A model generated the notes under the pieces. The model searched no databases, had not been told where the DNA came from, and saw nothing but the letters and a program-made list of their open reading frames with translations. Below are positions 1-12,785 of a stretch of DNA of 64,000 nt, piece by piece. This DNA comes from Eledone cirrhosa (taxonomy: Eukaryota), in the NCBI GenBank assembly GCA_964016885.1, contig OZ024748.1, positions 52,700,001 through 52,764,000 of the forward strand, written 5' to 3'. The position numbers were made by a program, and so were the translations under genes. Each line of letters starts with the position of its first letter. Positions within the stretch are counted from its first letter, which is position 1.

Positions 1-165
1 TGTGTATGTGTGACTAGTAAAACGTGTGTGTATGTGTGTGACTAGTAAAACGTGTGTGTGACTAGTAAAACATGTGTGTGACTAGTAAAACGTGTGTGTA
101 TGTGTTGTGACTAGTAAAACATGTGTGTATGTGTGTGTTTGACTAGTAAAACATGTGTGTGTATG
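1..165. repeat. Minisatellite: GACTAGTAAAAC core separated by variable (TG)n
   Basis: Six copies of tgactagtaaaac separated by TG runs of variable length. Confidence 0.9.
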
Positions 166-316
166 TTTCTTTTTAACCTGCAAATTCAACATTGTTTTTC
201 TTAGTGTTTTCCTTCTTGTGGGTTTTAGTTTTATCTCAAATCTGAAATATGGTATTTCAATATAAAGTGCGTTGACAGCCTCTTGAGTTCTTTAACAGTC
301 AAACATATATTTATAA

Positions 317-1062
317 CTGTGTGTGTGTGTACATGTGTGTGTACATGTGTGTGTACATGTGTGTGTATGGTTGTGTGTGTGTATTTGTGTGTATTTGTGT
401 GTGTTTGTGTGTGTATGGTTGTGTGTGTGTGTGTATGGTTGTGCGTGTGTATATTTGTGTGTGTTTGTGTGTGTATGCTTGTGTGTGTATATGTGTGTGT
501 GTGTGTATATTTGTGTGTGTGTATATGTGTGTGTTAGTGTGTGTGTTTGTGTGTGTATGGTTGTGTGTGTATATTTGTGTGTGTTTGTGCATGAATGTTT
601 GTGTATGTATGTTGATGTTTGTACGGTTGTATGTGTACATGTATATGTACATGTATGTGCGTGTACATGTGTGTTTGTGTATGTACATGTGTCTGTACGA
701 TTGTGTGTACTTGTGTGTGTGTATGTACAGTTTGTGTATGTGTGTCCGTTCCTGTATACATTTCTGTGGGAGTGTATGTTTGTTTATGTACATGTGTGTG
801 TACAGTTGAGTGTGTACATGTGTATGTTTGTATATGTACAAGTTTGTGTATGTGTGTCCATTCCTGTATACATTTTTCTGTGTGTGCATGTGTGTGTCTA
901 TGTACATGTGTGTATGTGGTTGTGTGTGTACATGTATGTACGTTTGTGTATGTGTGTCCGTTTGTATATACATTTCTGTGTGTATGTTTGTGTATGCATA
1001 TATGTATGTACATTTGTGTGTATCACTTGTGTGTGTATCGTTTGTGTATGTTTGTGTGTGTG
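317..1062. repeat. Degenerate (TG)n/(TGTA) microsatellite block
   Basis: Low-complexity TG tract; source of the Cys/Val and His/Thr pseudo-ORFs. Confidence 0.95.
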
Positions 1063-1461
1063 AGGTTTTAAGCAAATCAGACCTTAACCATAGAAATTCA
1101 GTAAAATATATTAAATAAATGTTTACTTAAGATTGTATATGTGTACACACACTTACACACACTTCACATACACACACACATTAGTGTATGTGTGTATATG
1201 TTGTGCATATTAGTAGAAACAAGATTGGGGTAAATAAACACCAGTACAGTCACTTGCTAAAGAATTAATCTTAAAGTGTTAAATGGCTAAAACAGGAATG
1301 GCATTGGAAGGCTTTAATTGATACAGCTACACATGTTAGAGAGGAAAAAAAGAATCCAGTATATTCCATATTTCATAATCTCAGACATTCTGTTGAGTGT
1401 CGCAGCAAAGAACTTGACTATTTACATTTTATTCATCATTAGTATCCACAGTTGATTCACT

Positions 1462-1668
1462 TTTGTCAAATCGGACCAAGGAAACAGTGTTTCCATTGGT
1501 TTTCCCAGTTGCTAATACTATCTATCGGTTGCAAATCCTGGTAGAAGCAGCAATGTGAAATAAAATGTCTTGCTCAAGGTCATAACACATCACCTGGTCC
1601 GGGAATCAAACTCACAACCTCACGATTCTGAATCCAATTTTCTAACCACACAACCTTGCACCTTCACA
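1462..1668 (-). mobile_element. tRNA-derived CORE-type SINE (subfamily with tagatagtattagcaac tail)
   Basis: Reverse complement has A/B-box head (gagtttgattcccggacc) and ccttgagcaagaca core; homologous to 11728-11931, 26250-26465 and 42690-42835. Confidence 0.8.
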
Positions 1669-2100
1669 AATCCATCACTATTCAATGTCTATTTTCTATA
1701 TTTGCATGGGTTAGTTAGACAGGATGTCATGTTTATTAGGCCAAATATCTCAGGTGACCACATCTTGGTCGTACGCTCCATTTTTTTTCAGCTTGGATTT
1801 CTGCAGCTGGATGCCCTTCGTAACACTAACCACCTTAGGTGTTGTAGGCAAAAAAACCTGAACACCCTCGCATAACTAAAAGTGGACTAGGCGAAATGTC
1901 TAATTAATAACTGAAGTGAACTGTCACACTGTGTACATAGATTCTCATTGGAATGATCTTGTTGCTAGTTCGAAATTACACCTGGTGAATATTTTAGTTT
2001 TACCCTCGTTTCATAAAGATATACTAAACAGATGTGTCACACCATTATAATAACAGAAGGCAGAAGGAGTGCTTTTTTTTTTCATGGTACCAGTAATATA

Positions 2101-2286
2101 ATTGTTTCTTCTTTTTGGCACAAGGCCAGCAATTATCCCAGTGTATTACTGGTACTTTATTTTATCGACCCCGTAAGGACGAAAGGCAAAGTTAACCTCG
2201 GCGGGATTTGAACTCAGTTCGTAAAGGGACGTAACTGTGCTACAAAGCATGGCGTCTGACCCTCTACCGATACTGCCAATCCACCA
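2101..2286 (-). mobile_element. tRNA-derived SINE family A (Meta-domain-like)
   Basis: Reverse complement: tggcagtatcggtagag A box, B-box-like gagttcaaatcccg, then gcctttcgtccttacggggtcgataaaataaagtaccag; about 25 copies in the window. Confidence 0.9.
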
Positions 2287-2389
2287 AATGACCACCTTAT
2301 AAAGTGGACTGTGTTTGTTTGTTTTTGGCACAACTACTTTAATCTTTAATCTTCCTAATTAGAAATTAACTAACAGTTTCAAATAATAC

Positions 2390-2437
2390 CTTGTACAAGA
2401 GCAACCGCCTGGTATTGAAAACCAAAATCATTTTAAT
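2390..2437 (-). CDS. Weak candidate 48-nt exon (IKMILVFNTRRLLLYK)
   Basis: ttttatag acceptor, AAG|gtatta donor, open only in phase 0; no recognisable homology. Confidence 0.12.
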
Positions 2438-4129
2438 CTATAAAAGCTACTTTAATATCCAACACCTGATTATAAAGAATTGACATAATTTCTCCTTAAC
2501 TGTTCTCTCTATATCTTGGCAAAAATACGTTAACAATCTTTTGTGTTTTATATCAAAATTTGAGAAAGAAGAAAGGAGGGGAAAATAACAATAAATCAAA
2601 ACAAACTTTTGAAGTTTTCAAATTGAATATTAACTTCAAATCATATTTTAAAATTCAATTAAAATGTTTCTGATTAGAATTTCAAAAATTTCATCTTTAA
2701 TCCTTTAATCCTATCACATCATTGTAATAAAACTCGAACATTTAAATCTTATAAAAATATAAAAAGAAAAAAACAACAACAAAATAATAAATAAATAAAT
2801 AAATAACAGAACAAACAAAAAAAAAACATTATGGTTTCTTTGGAAATGTAATTATTACAGCTGATATCAGAACTCGAGTTTAACAAATAATAATAATAAT
2901 AATGATAATAATAATAATGATAACAAGAGCAATTTTCAACTTGATAGACTTAATGTGCAGATGGCATTATTTGGAGCTCAGAGAAACCACACACACACCC
3001 TTACCTCACACCCAACTACTTCTAATACTATGTTACCTATAATGGTATTGAAAAATTAACATTAAACTGGAATTAATAAGAAAGACAGCTAACTAGATTA
3101 ACTAATAGAAATAGATAACTAATTGCCGGATTTGTTTTTGTTGTCATTTTTCTCTTTCTCTTTCAGAATTAATATTCTCACATAAATTTGGATTTGTTCA
3201 GCCAGATTTAATTTGGAACCAGTGAAAGACATATTTGAATGACCAGTTGGCAGAAAGCTATGTATAATTTCTCTGTGTTATTTAAAAGATAATACCAATA
3301 TATTTGTTTGGCCATCTCAATGACAATAAGAACAATGCTATTCACTTAGACAGATACTTCCTGTAGATGTAAGAATAAGCAATAAAAATTCACTTCAATC
3401 ATCATTATTATCGTTATTAATCTTCTTATCATCATACTTAGTTTATCTGTAACAAGAATGAAAGCTGTTTGTATTACCGAGCAAAACAATCTGCACTCTT
3501 TTGTTCTAGCATTGTCCCCACATCTCAATACCTTATTTCAACAAATCTTTCTCTACTAACTATCTTGCTGTGAAACTGTCTTTTACATACATGCAGCTCT
3601 ACATTCATACAAATAACTTATTTCAAATGGAACCCAGTTTCTTTATAACTTCTCAACAAGGGAGACATCTGGAACAAATTATTAGCTCAATTATTATTTT
3701 TTTGTTTTGTTTTAGCTAAACCAAATATAAATATGAAAAAAAAAATGTTAAAAAAGGTTTCTAATTACCTTAACAGTATAATAATAATGCTCTTAATCTG
3801 TCAACATATGTATATGGATAAATATTTAAACATACATAATAGGTTTTACTTCTTGTTAAATGTCTTTAGAATTTCACACATTTGGGAAAAGGGAAAAAAC
3901 GTATTTGTATTCCAATTATAAATTTAAAATAAAACTGAAATATTGCAAAAAGATTTTAATTTTATCTTCCCATTAAGACAGAATTCTGACATAATAATGC
4001 TTTTGATCTGAAACAAAAACTTATTTTTCTTAATTATTAAGAAATTAGGGTAGGTATGGTGGATAGAACATTAAGATCTAAGAGAGAAACCTAGCAAGAA
4101 TAGGAGTAGTGATGAGCAATATCAGGTAA

Positions 4130-5053
4130 CTAGAAGGGAGAATCACATCAGGTAACATTAGCTGGTGTATCTGGCCAGGATCTGCTAGAAGAGAGAATCA
4201 CATCAGCTAACATTAGCTGGTGTATCTGGCCAGGATCTGCTAGAAGAGAGAATCACATCAGCTAACATTAGCTGGTGTATCTGGCCAGGATCTGCTAGAA
4301 GAGAGAATCACATCAGGTAACATTAGCTGGTGTATCTGGCCATGATCTGCTAGAAGAGACAATCACATCAGCTAACATTAGCTGGTGTATCTGGCCAGGA
4401 TCTGCTAGAAGAGACAATCACATCAGGTAACATTAGCTGGTGTATCTGGCCAGGATCTGCTAGAAGAGAGAATCACATCAGGTAACATTAGCTGGTGTAT
4501 CTGGCCATGATCTGCTAGAAGAGAGAATCACATCAGCTAACATTAGCTGGTGTATCTGGCCATGATCTGCTAGAAGAGACAATCACATCAGCTAACATTA
4601 GCTGGTGTATCTGGCCAGGATCTGCTAGAAGAGAGAATCACATCAGCTAACATTAGCTGGTGTATCTGGCCAGGATCTGCTAGAAGAGAGAATCACATCA
4701 GGTAACATTAGCTGGAGTATCTGGCCAGGATCTGCTAGAAGAGAGAATCACATCAGGTAACATTAGCTGGTGTATCTGGCCAGGATCTGCTAGAAGAGAG
4801 AATCACATCAGCTAACATTAGCTGGTGTATCTGGCCAGGATCTGCTAGAAGAGAGAATCACATCAGGTAACATTAGCTGGTGTATCTGGCCAGGATCTGC
4901 TAGAAGAGAGAATCACATCAGCTAACATTAGCTGGTGTATCTGGCCAGGATCTGCTAGAAGAGAGAATCACATCAGGTAACATTAGCTGGTGTATCTGGC
5001 CAGGATCTGCTAGAAGAGAGAATCACATCAGCTAACATTAGCTGGTGTATCTG
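4130..5053. repeat. 55-bp minisatellite, about 17 copies
   Basis: Unit gctagaagagagaatcacatcag(c/g)taacattagctggtgtatctggccaggatct; period 55 (4141 to 4196). Confidence 0.97.
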
Positions 5054-5167
5054 AACATTCTCTGTAGCAATACCTTTATCGTTATATCCAGGAGAGAGGG
5101 GAAGATAAGCTGAAACAACTTTCGCAATAAAAGAATTAGGAAACTAAGAGGTCTGCCAATCTTCTGC

Positions 5168-5400
5168 AATGTGACATGATTAGAGGTGTGATCTGTCCTA
5201 GATCACAACATGACATGATCAGAGGTGTGATCTGTCCTAGATCACAACATGACATGATCAGAGGTGTGATCTGTTCTAGATCACAATGTGACATGATCAG
5301 AGGTATGAGCTATCTTAGTCTGCAATGTGATATGATCAAAGGTGTGATCTGTCCTAGATCACAACGTGACATGATCAGAGGTGTGAACTGTCCTAGATTG
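5168..5400. repeat. 39-bp minisatellite, about 6 copies, with internal hairpin
   Basis: Unit atgacatgatcagaggtgtgatctgtcctagatcacaac; tgtgatct/agatcaca inverted repeat. Confidence 0.93.
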
Positions 5401-5411
5401 CAAAAAACACA

Positions 5412-5501
5412 GAGAAGGCCTTTGAAAGAGTAGTATGCTCTGCGGTCTGGCGGTCTATAAGAAAACCAGGTATAGCTGAAAGGTACATAGGAGCTGTGAA
5501 A
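5412..5501 (+). mobile_element. LINE reverse-transcriptase fragment (RTE-like)
   Basis: Translates EKAFERVVCSAVWRSIRKPGIAERYIGAVK, matching the non-LTR RT KAFDxV...W..LR..G motif. Confidence 0.7.
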
Positions 5502-5599
5502 GTCACAGACACAGATGGTGTCAGCAAGGAAGAAGTTGCAAGAAGTTCATTGAGGTATTTGGTGTGTGGTAAATCACCATCAGAGACCACATCTCTAAT

Positions 5600-5931
5600 G
5601 AGCAGGTACAAAACAGAATTTGGCAAGCCATGGGGCCCAACGAAGACCTACTAATCACTGTAAAAAAAAACGCAAGTTGAGATGGTATGGGTACATGACA
5701 AGATCCTCAGAGCTTGCCAAGACTGTCCTGCAGGGAACAGTACAAGGAGGGAAGAAGAGAGGCAGACAGAATAAGAGATGGGAGGACAACATCCCGGAAT
5801 AGACAGGCAGGAAATTGGGTACAAACATGAGGAAGGTGGAGAGGCAAGAAGAATGGAAGGAGCTGGTTTCCAGGTCATCTGTGTCACCCTAACGGTCCAC
5901 CAGATTATGGAACAGATGAGATGAGATGAGA
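5600..5931 (+). mobile_element. RTE-clade LINE 3' end
   Basis: KKRKLRWYGYMTRSSELAKTVLQGTVQGGKKRGRQNKRWEDNI followed by a (GATGA)n tail. Confidence 0.85.
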
Positions 5932-6124
5932 GAAATCACCAAGTTTTGATTCTCAAGTCTGTAATGGAAAATTTAAAAACAGCTGCCCAGAGAGAAAATT
6001 CCTTATCTTGACAATTCAGTTCTTTTGGTAGAATCTGTCAAATAATTTGAGACGGAATTCTAAGTTCATTAATATTATCTAAGAACGAAGGGCTTTAAAA
6101 TAAACCTAACAACAATAGTTTTAC

Positions 6125-6270
6125 AAGGCTAGAGTTTTGAAATCTTGCATGCATTCATTTCAACTTTGAATCGTTTCTTTCCAGAGACTTTTATTGAAAA
6201 ATAAACCTTATTTGGTCATTCCTTGGGAGCATCTTGGTGAGCCTATGAGCCTTTCAGTCAACCTTTGTAG
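6125..6270 (+). mobile_element. Single-unit relative of the mariner-type MITE at 19887-21835
   Basis: Matches the 143-bp unit and ends in ttcagtcaacctttgta, the right TIR. Confidence 0.75.
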
Positions 6271-6464
6271 TTAGCAGTAAAGAAAATAGCACTGCTGCTA
6301 TCTGGGAAGTGGCCATGCTTGATATATAGAAAAGTAGGTAGAAATGGCAAATGGTGTATGGTATGGACCTGTAACTCCTGGGGGAGTCATAGGAGTACCA
6401 TAATGACATACAGCATTTCTTATGGCATTTATAAACGTGGTGGTGCCCAGGCTATATGAAGAAT

Positions 6465-6738
6465 CAGATGTAGTGTGCAAGACTGAGCTGGTACTGACAT
6501 GTAGTGTGTATGGAAGATGACCATTGGGTAAAGAAGTACCATGTGATTGAAGTGGAACAACCTTTGCAACAGGAAGACCAATGAAAACATGAGAAAAATA
6601 GGTGAAGATTAAACTTTACAAAGATGACTAAAGGTCTGCAACAAGTGGTGAGATGTGCTAGACATGACCAAACCAGCTTTTGCAAGCATGGAAAAACAGA
6701 TGTAATATTGATGATGATGATGATGATGATGATGATGC
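6465..6738 (+). mobile_element. Decayed RTE-like LINE 3' end with (GAT)n tail
   Basis: RLSWY*HVVCMEDDHWVKK...GRP motif; gcatggaaaa...gatgatgat tail. Confidence 0.7.
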
Positions 6739-7230
6739 ATTTTAAACAAAAACTTATACAAAGACATGAAATATGATGAGGTTAGATTTCATGTTGAGTA
6801 TCATTAAAAGAATGGCAACAAATGATATTCTCATATATAGCAGACAACTGCAGCTCGCTCATGTCAGAATGGAGAGTAAGATATTAAAAAGACAATGATA
6901 ATAATGGTTGATAAGCAAGCATGTGATTGTAGCTTTTGATATAATTGTCTCATTATAGAATAGGAAATCAAATATAAAATATATTGTAAATAAATAGTAC
7001 TTGTTCATAATGCAATGTTTAAAAAAATGGTTCCTTGTTATGTAATCTTCTTTATTTTACTTTTCAATTGTAACCTGAAGGGGGATTTTTATTTGCTTTT
7101 ATTTCAATTTAATGATCTTAACTGTTTAAAAATTTCATTTAAAAAATTATGTAAAAAGTTAAATATTAAAAGATTTCATTTAATATCAGCTTGCATATTT
7201 CAAGTTGTAATAAGGTAGACACTAACTTAC

Positions 7231-7270
7231 CTGAGGGCGTTGTTTCACAAATAAAACATGTAGCAGAAAT
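7231..7270 (-). CDS. Candidate 40-nt exon (FLLHVLFVKQRPQ or ISATCFICETTPS)
   Basis: Consensus acceptor tctttttctccttcag and perfect donor CAG|gtaagt; two frames are open. Confidence 0.4.
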
Positions 7271-8564
7271 CTGAAGGAGAAAAAGACACAGACATTGATT
7301 TTCTTGTTATTTACAGAAAAAGATACTTGTTCTGAAAAACAATTAATATTTACTAAAAATATGAAGTGGGGTTTATTATAGAAAAAAAAAAGCTGTTCAA
7401 ATACAAAAAAAAAAGAGAGGGTAACAACAAATTAATTCCTGAAGCAAAGGTCATTAAGGTGTTCCCATGTAATACGGAAGGAAATTAAAGGGCATTCTTT
7501 CTTAGAGTAATTAAGCAAAGGCAACTGTAAAATCAAGATGCTTTGTTCACTGATTAGCTATGATTAGCTAATTACTATTGCTGCAACTAGCGAGGTCAGA
7601 TTTCCTTCTTGATCATCTACAAAACTACATCCGGGCTTTTCATTTACACCTGAGTTAGCTTGATAAATGTATATAGAAGCAACAAAGCCTGCAAGCGACA
7701 AGAGGACAACAGTGAGGTTATTCTCTAATTAAAAGGAAACTGTAATTAATGGCTGCAATAATAAGTCTTGTTGTCATCTGAGAGAAATTACCAGTTTTCA
7801 ATACAATCAATGTTGTTGTTCTTGTTGTTTCTGTTTCCGTACTAGATAAAACTTTGCTCCAATAAAATTTTACACAAGTTGAAATGTTTTTATATTTAGT
7901 TTTAGTTATGTGAGTGCATGCAGGTGTTTGGATATGTCTATGTGTATATATGTGTGTATGTATTAAAGTTTGTAGGTGTCTATTAGAATGCAAAAGTTTA
8001 GTGCGGTAGGTAGTGCACAAACTTTTGAGATGGTGAGAGAGAGATTAAAGTTAAAAAATGCAACAAGAAAGAGAGTGGGAAATAATGTAAGAGATAGATA
8101 GAATGAGAGAGAGAAAGAGAGAGGGAAGGAGAGAAAGAAAGAGAGAGAGAGAACAAGAACGAGAGAGAGAGGGGGGAGAGAGTGAGAGAGGGGAAGCTAG
8201 AATGTAGGTGAAGGTATAACAGATGATGTAAATCTATGCATGTATAAAAGCCCAGAAGCCAATGTGTTTAAGAAAGAAGGTGAGGAAAGAAAAGAAGGAA
8301 GAGAAAGACAGAGTTTGTGTATGTATGTATAAAAGAATGCAAGTTTCACTACATTAGAGAATGTGTTTTTATGAGTAAGCTAAATTATGTCAATATATAT
8401 ACACTTCTGCCTTCACACTATTTACTAACCTAGAATTTAAATTAAAATTCAACTATGGTAACCTTGCCAAACCAAAGTTCTATCCTACCCATTTAATAAA
8501 TAAATAGAAATATATTACAAATAAATAACTTGAAAAATAATAAGAAAGGTGTGTATATGTTGCA

Positions 8565-8880
8565 TAGTTGTTAGAAGTTTGCATAGAATGTTTTGCGGTA
8601 TTCTTTTCGATTCTCAGCTCTTTGAGTTCAAATCCCACTGAGACCCACTTTGCCTTTCATCCATTCAAGGTTGATAAGAAAATAGTACCAGCCTAGTACT
8701 GGGGTCAATTCTTCCTCTATATCTCTTTTTTACTTCAATTCTCTCACTTTCTATTCTTCTCTGTAAGAAATCTGCTGTATTCAGACTTGGAGAGGAGATG
8801 GGCTCCGCCAAGTCTTTTTAAAATGTTCTAGAAACACCTCTATGGCTCCCTCAGGATTTACAGAATGATCCATCCATATA
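8565..8880 (+). mobile_element. Older SINE (family C): Meta-like core with long distinct tail
   Basis: gagttcaaatcc and gcctttcatcc core plus aaatctgctgtattcagac.tggagaggag tail shared with 24970-25310, 49845-50160 and 59445-59610. Confidence 0.75.
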
Positions 8881-9047
8881 TGTTGAATGTATAAAATGGT
8901 TCTTATAAACATAATTCCTTAGGTGTTTTTTCAAACTCCAAAATCATTCTAATTTGAGAAAATTAAATAAAAAAGATTCAATTCAAAGCTCCGAGGAGAA
9001 ATTCTTTAAAAAAAACAATTTCTAGTATATCACACAGTATATCACAC

Positions 9048-9180
9048 AGGCCTTTGGCTAAATGGTCTAAAACATCTAGCTAGTGTCTGGAAGATATAGG
9101 GTTCGTTTCTTTATACTAGTCAATAGCAACTTCTTTTTCCATGTTTTAAGGATCCTCACCCTATTTTATAATCTATTTTT
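9048..9180 (+). mobile_element. Degenerate tRNA-like short repeat (empty-site paralog of 36930-37265)
   Basis: agatatagggttc...caatagcaactt...aaggatc.tcaccctattt shared with the 37-kb copy. Confidence 0.6.
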
Positions 9181-9199
9181 TAGCATGAGCACATCATGC

Positions 9200-9810
9200 A
9201 TCATTATCATCATCCTTTACCATCCTGTTATCCATGCTAGCATGGGGTAGATGGATTGTCCCATTGTGAGACAAGACAGATCAGATGACTGTGTCTGGCT
9301 TGGTTTCTATAGCTGGATTCCCTTCCTAATGCCAACCATATTTACAGTGTGGTCTGAATGCTTTTTTATTATGGCACCAATGTGACCACTTTCGAGTCTG
9401 AACTGGGTGCTTTTCATTGTCACCAACACGATGACCTAACAGTGTGAACTGGACACATTTTGTTGTGTCACCAAAACAACCACCTTTACAGTGTGGACTG
9501 CACACATTTTGTCATGTCACCAACACAACCACATTACAGTGTGGACTGCACACATTTTGTCATGTCACCAACACAACCACTTTACAGTGTGGACTGCACA
9601 CATTTTGTCATGTCACCAACACAACCACATTACAGTGTGGACTGCACACATTTTGTCATGTCACCAACACAACCACTTTACAGTGTGGACAGGACACATT
9701 TTATCATGTCAGCAACAACCTCTGTACAGTGTGGACTGGGTACATTTTGACATGTCAGCAACACAACCTCTTTACAGTGTGGACTGGGTGTTCTTTGTCG
9801 TGGCACTAAA
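9200..9810 (-). repeat. Retroposon family D end, extended by a 48-bp minisatellite derived from its interior
   Basis: catcatcat...ccatgctagcatggg end and gctggattcccttcctaatgccaacc motif, then tandem tttacagtgtggactgcacacattttgtcatgtcaccaacacaaccac units. Confidence 0.85.
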
Positions 9811-10070
9811 ACGACCACACATTCTTTATATTAATTTCCCATATGTTGTAATATAGTTGGCTGGAGAGAGTTATGGTAACGATGTACAGGTGATAATAAC
9901 AGAATCTATACAAGTTGAAAACTTCCTAGGCTTTGGTAATGTTAGCAACAATGGTCAACGTTAGTTTTAGCTTAAGTAAACTGAAGTGAGAGAAATGACT
10001 TCACCAAGGATAGCAGGGTCAATTAAATCAACTAAATACCTCTACAAGAAAATCGACCACTTGCCTAGAC

Positions 10071-10255
10071 CAGTGGTTCCCAAAGTGGGTTCAATGGAAA
10101 CCAAGGGTTTTGCAAAAGAGTGTCTGGGGTTCTGTGAAAAAAGGTAGAGGAGTTTATTTATATTACGACCATATAACAGTATTAGAATTTGGGGTTCCCT
10201 GAAAAGTTTATGAACCAAAAAGGGTTCCACATTTGAAAAAGTTTGGGAAACCCTG
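10071..10255. mobile_element. hAT (Charlie/Buster-type) MITE
   Basis: TIRs cagtggttcccaaa / tttgggaaaccctg; perfect 8-bp TSD gcctagac with central TA (10063-10070, 10256-10263). Confidence 0.92.
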
Positions 10256-10289
10256 GCCTAGACAAAGGAAATAGTAAGATTTATTATTA

Positions 10290-10705
10290 TTGGCAGTATT
10301 TATTGGTTGAGTGTGTTGGACAACATGCTTTGCAGCATAGAGTTACACCCCTTTATGTTCTGAGTTCAAATCTCATCAAGTTTAGCTTTGCTTTTCATCT
10401 TTACGAGGTTGACAAAATAAAGTACCAGTAATGCACTGGGGTTGATTTAATCAAATTTCTGCCTCCCCAATAATTGTTGGCCTTGTGCCTAAATCAGAAA
10501 CCATTATTTTAAGGGCGGTGGGTTGGTAGTATTGGTAGAGCGATAGATATTATGCTTTGTGGCATAGAGTTATGGCTTTTTACGTTCTGAGTTCAAATGC
10601 TGTCGAGGTTAGCTTTGCCTTTCATCCTTACGAGGTCAATAAAGTAAAGTACCAGTAATGCACTGCAAATTGCTGTCCTTGTGTCAAACATAAAAACAAT
10701 TATTG
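10290..10705 (+). mobile_element. Two head-to-tail SINE family A copies
   Basis: Two consecutive A-box/B-box/Meta-like/tail units joined at an ATT-rich tail. Confidence 0.88.
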
Positions 10706-11244
10706 TTATTATTCCTGCTATTATCATTTATAAATAAGCTCGCTCAGCTTTCAGAGAATATCACATTCTTCAGCTGATAAATGTAATATGCTAAAATGCA
10801 TCAAGTGCTGACAACAAGCTTCTAGTGATAAAAGCTAGGGGAAAACAAAGAAAGAGAAGTGTGAAAGGGACATGCTGTGAACTGGTAAGAGGCTATATTC
10901 AGAATATAATTATATAGTGAGAATTGAAATAGAAAACTGAGCAAAGGAATTAAAGGGAAAGCAATAGTATTTAGTGACTAAAGAAGAAGATCAAAGTGAT
11001 ATTAGCATGAAGCAAGAATGGCTGATAAGAACCAAATGGAAAAGGGATCAATTTTCTAAGTGAACAAAAGACATGATATTACAACTGTTAAAAGAACTGG
11101 GAACAAAACCAAAGAAAAATTACAAAAGAAATATCAAACTTTGATCAAGTCAATCCATGATTGGAAGTGTTAAAAAATACAGATCAATATTTTACTCTAT
11201 CTCCATTTGTATTTTTGTTGATTTTTTTGTTTTTTTTTCTCTGA

Positions 11245-12045
11245 GTCATCATCATCATTTAACGTCCGTTTTCTCTGCTAGCAAAGGTAAGGCAGGTCAT
11301 CATACACCCAGCCACTGACCCCCTCAGGTAAGCAGGGATGAGAGAGTGGCTGATTCATGCTTACATATGTTCCTACATTCTACATAAAGCATCAAGTGTA
11401 TTTTATCATCACACCAGCACTAAAGCGGTTGTTATGTCAAACACAAGTGAAGAGTCCTCTCAGCTCCTTTGTTTGTCAGGTTTTCTACAGCTGAATGCCA
11501 TTCCTATAACCAACTGCTTTACAGAGTGTACCAGGTGCATTTTATCATGACACCAGCACCAGAGAGGTTGTTGTGCTCTTCATACAATTGACAAATCCTC
11601 TCAACCCTTTGTTTGGCAAATTTTCTTCAAATGGATGTCCTTCCCATCAGCAACCACTTTACAGAGTGTACTGGGTGCATTTTATCATGGCATTAACACT
11701 AAAGAATTTGTTTTCTCCTTAACACATGAAAGCGCGTGGCTGAGTGGTAAGAGAATTGGATTTGCAATTGTGAGGTTGTGAGTTCAATTCCTGGACCGGG
11801 TGATGCATTATGTCTTTAAGCAAGACACATTATTTCACGTTGCTCCTTCTTCCTGGACTTGCAGCCAGTAGATAGTATTAGCAACTGAAAAGACTAATGG
11901 AAACATTGTTTCCTTGGTCCGATTTGACGAGGTCTGGGATCCTGACAGCTGAACAGTCTTCTCAAATCCCCAACAACTTTACAGAGTGGACTAGGTGCAA
12001 TTTTTATGGCACAAACACTAGAGAGATTGTTGCGCCATAGTGTAC
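11245..12045 (-). repeat. Family D retroposon with degenerate ~135-bp internal duplications
   Basis: catcatttaacgtccgtttt end; repeated tttacagagtgtac..ggtgcattttatcat blocks. Confidence 0.7.
11728..11931 (+). mobile_element. CORE-type SINE nested in the family D repeat
   Basis: gcgcgtggctgagtggt A box, gagttcaattcc B box, gcaagacac core. Confidence 0.82.
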
Positions 12046-12354
12046 ACATGAAAGAAGGTATGTTTCTCATACAACAACATGCTCATTGCCAGACTAGGGA
12101 AGGACGGGAGAGGGGATACCTTCAGAATGTTCTGGGTGGTTGGACATTCTCATACAAAGAATGTATTTCAGATCTTTTATAAATCTGAAGGTACACCCTT
12201 GAAAAGTAGGGGCTGTGAGTGGAGGAAAGGGGTTGCAGTGTCACACAGTGAACCCACCCCCAGCCCTGGTGACAGGCCAATATAACGGGAAAATGTCAGT
12301 ATTGTGATGTGTCAATATAATCCAGGAGAAAGAGATTAACAAAGATTCTACCAC

Positions 12355-12607
12355 AAGCTACTACTATTATTATTACTGCTACTACTAATACTACTACTAC
12401 TGTTATAGCTACTGCTAATACTACTGCTACTCCTACTAATACTACTGCTACTACTATTTCTAATACTGCTACAACTACTATTACTACTACCAATACTTAT
12501 ACTGCTACTACTAATAATACTAGTGTTACTACTATTTCTAATATTGCTGCAACTATTAAAACTACTAATACTAATACTACTAATACTGCTACTACTATTA
12601 CTACTAA
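12355..12607. repeat. (CTA/TAA)n trinucleotide tract
   Basis: Direct reading. Confidence 0.9.
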
Positions 12608-12785
12608 TAATGTTTCTACTTTTGGCACAAGGCCAGCAATTACGCCAGTGCATTACTGGTACTTTATTTTATCAACCCCATAAGGATGAAAGGCAAAGTT
12701 AACCTCAGCAGATTTGAACTCAGAACGTAAAGGGCTGTAACTCTATGATGCAAAGCATGGTATCTGACACTCTACCGATACTGTA
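12608..12785 (-). mobile_element. SINE family A
   Basis: Full match to the family consensus, embedded in CTA/TAA repeats. Confidence 0.9.

Noticed and set aside
283-1118. Cys/Val- and His/Thr-rich ORFs (also 51583-52670 and 59720-62362)
   Set aside because: Translations of (TG)n/(CA)n microsatellites, open in many frames on both strands
4130-5053. CRISPR-like array (also 19921-21625 and 51660-52640)
   Set aside because: No unique spacers, no cas genes, eukaryotic context
5186-5210. Bacterial CRP-like site TGTGATCT...AGATCACA
   Set aside because: Wrong spacing and eukaryotic minisatellite context
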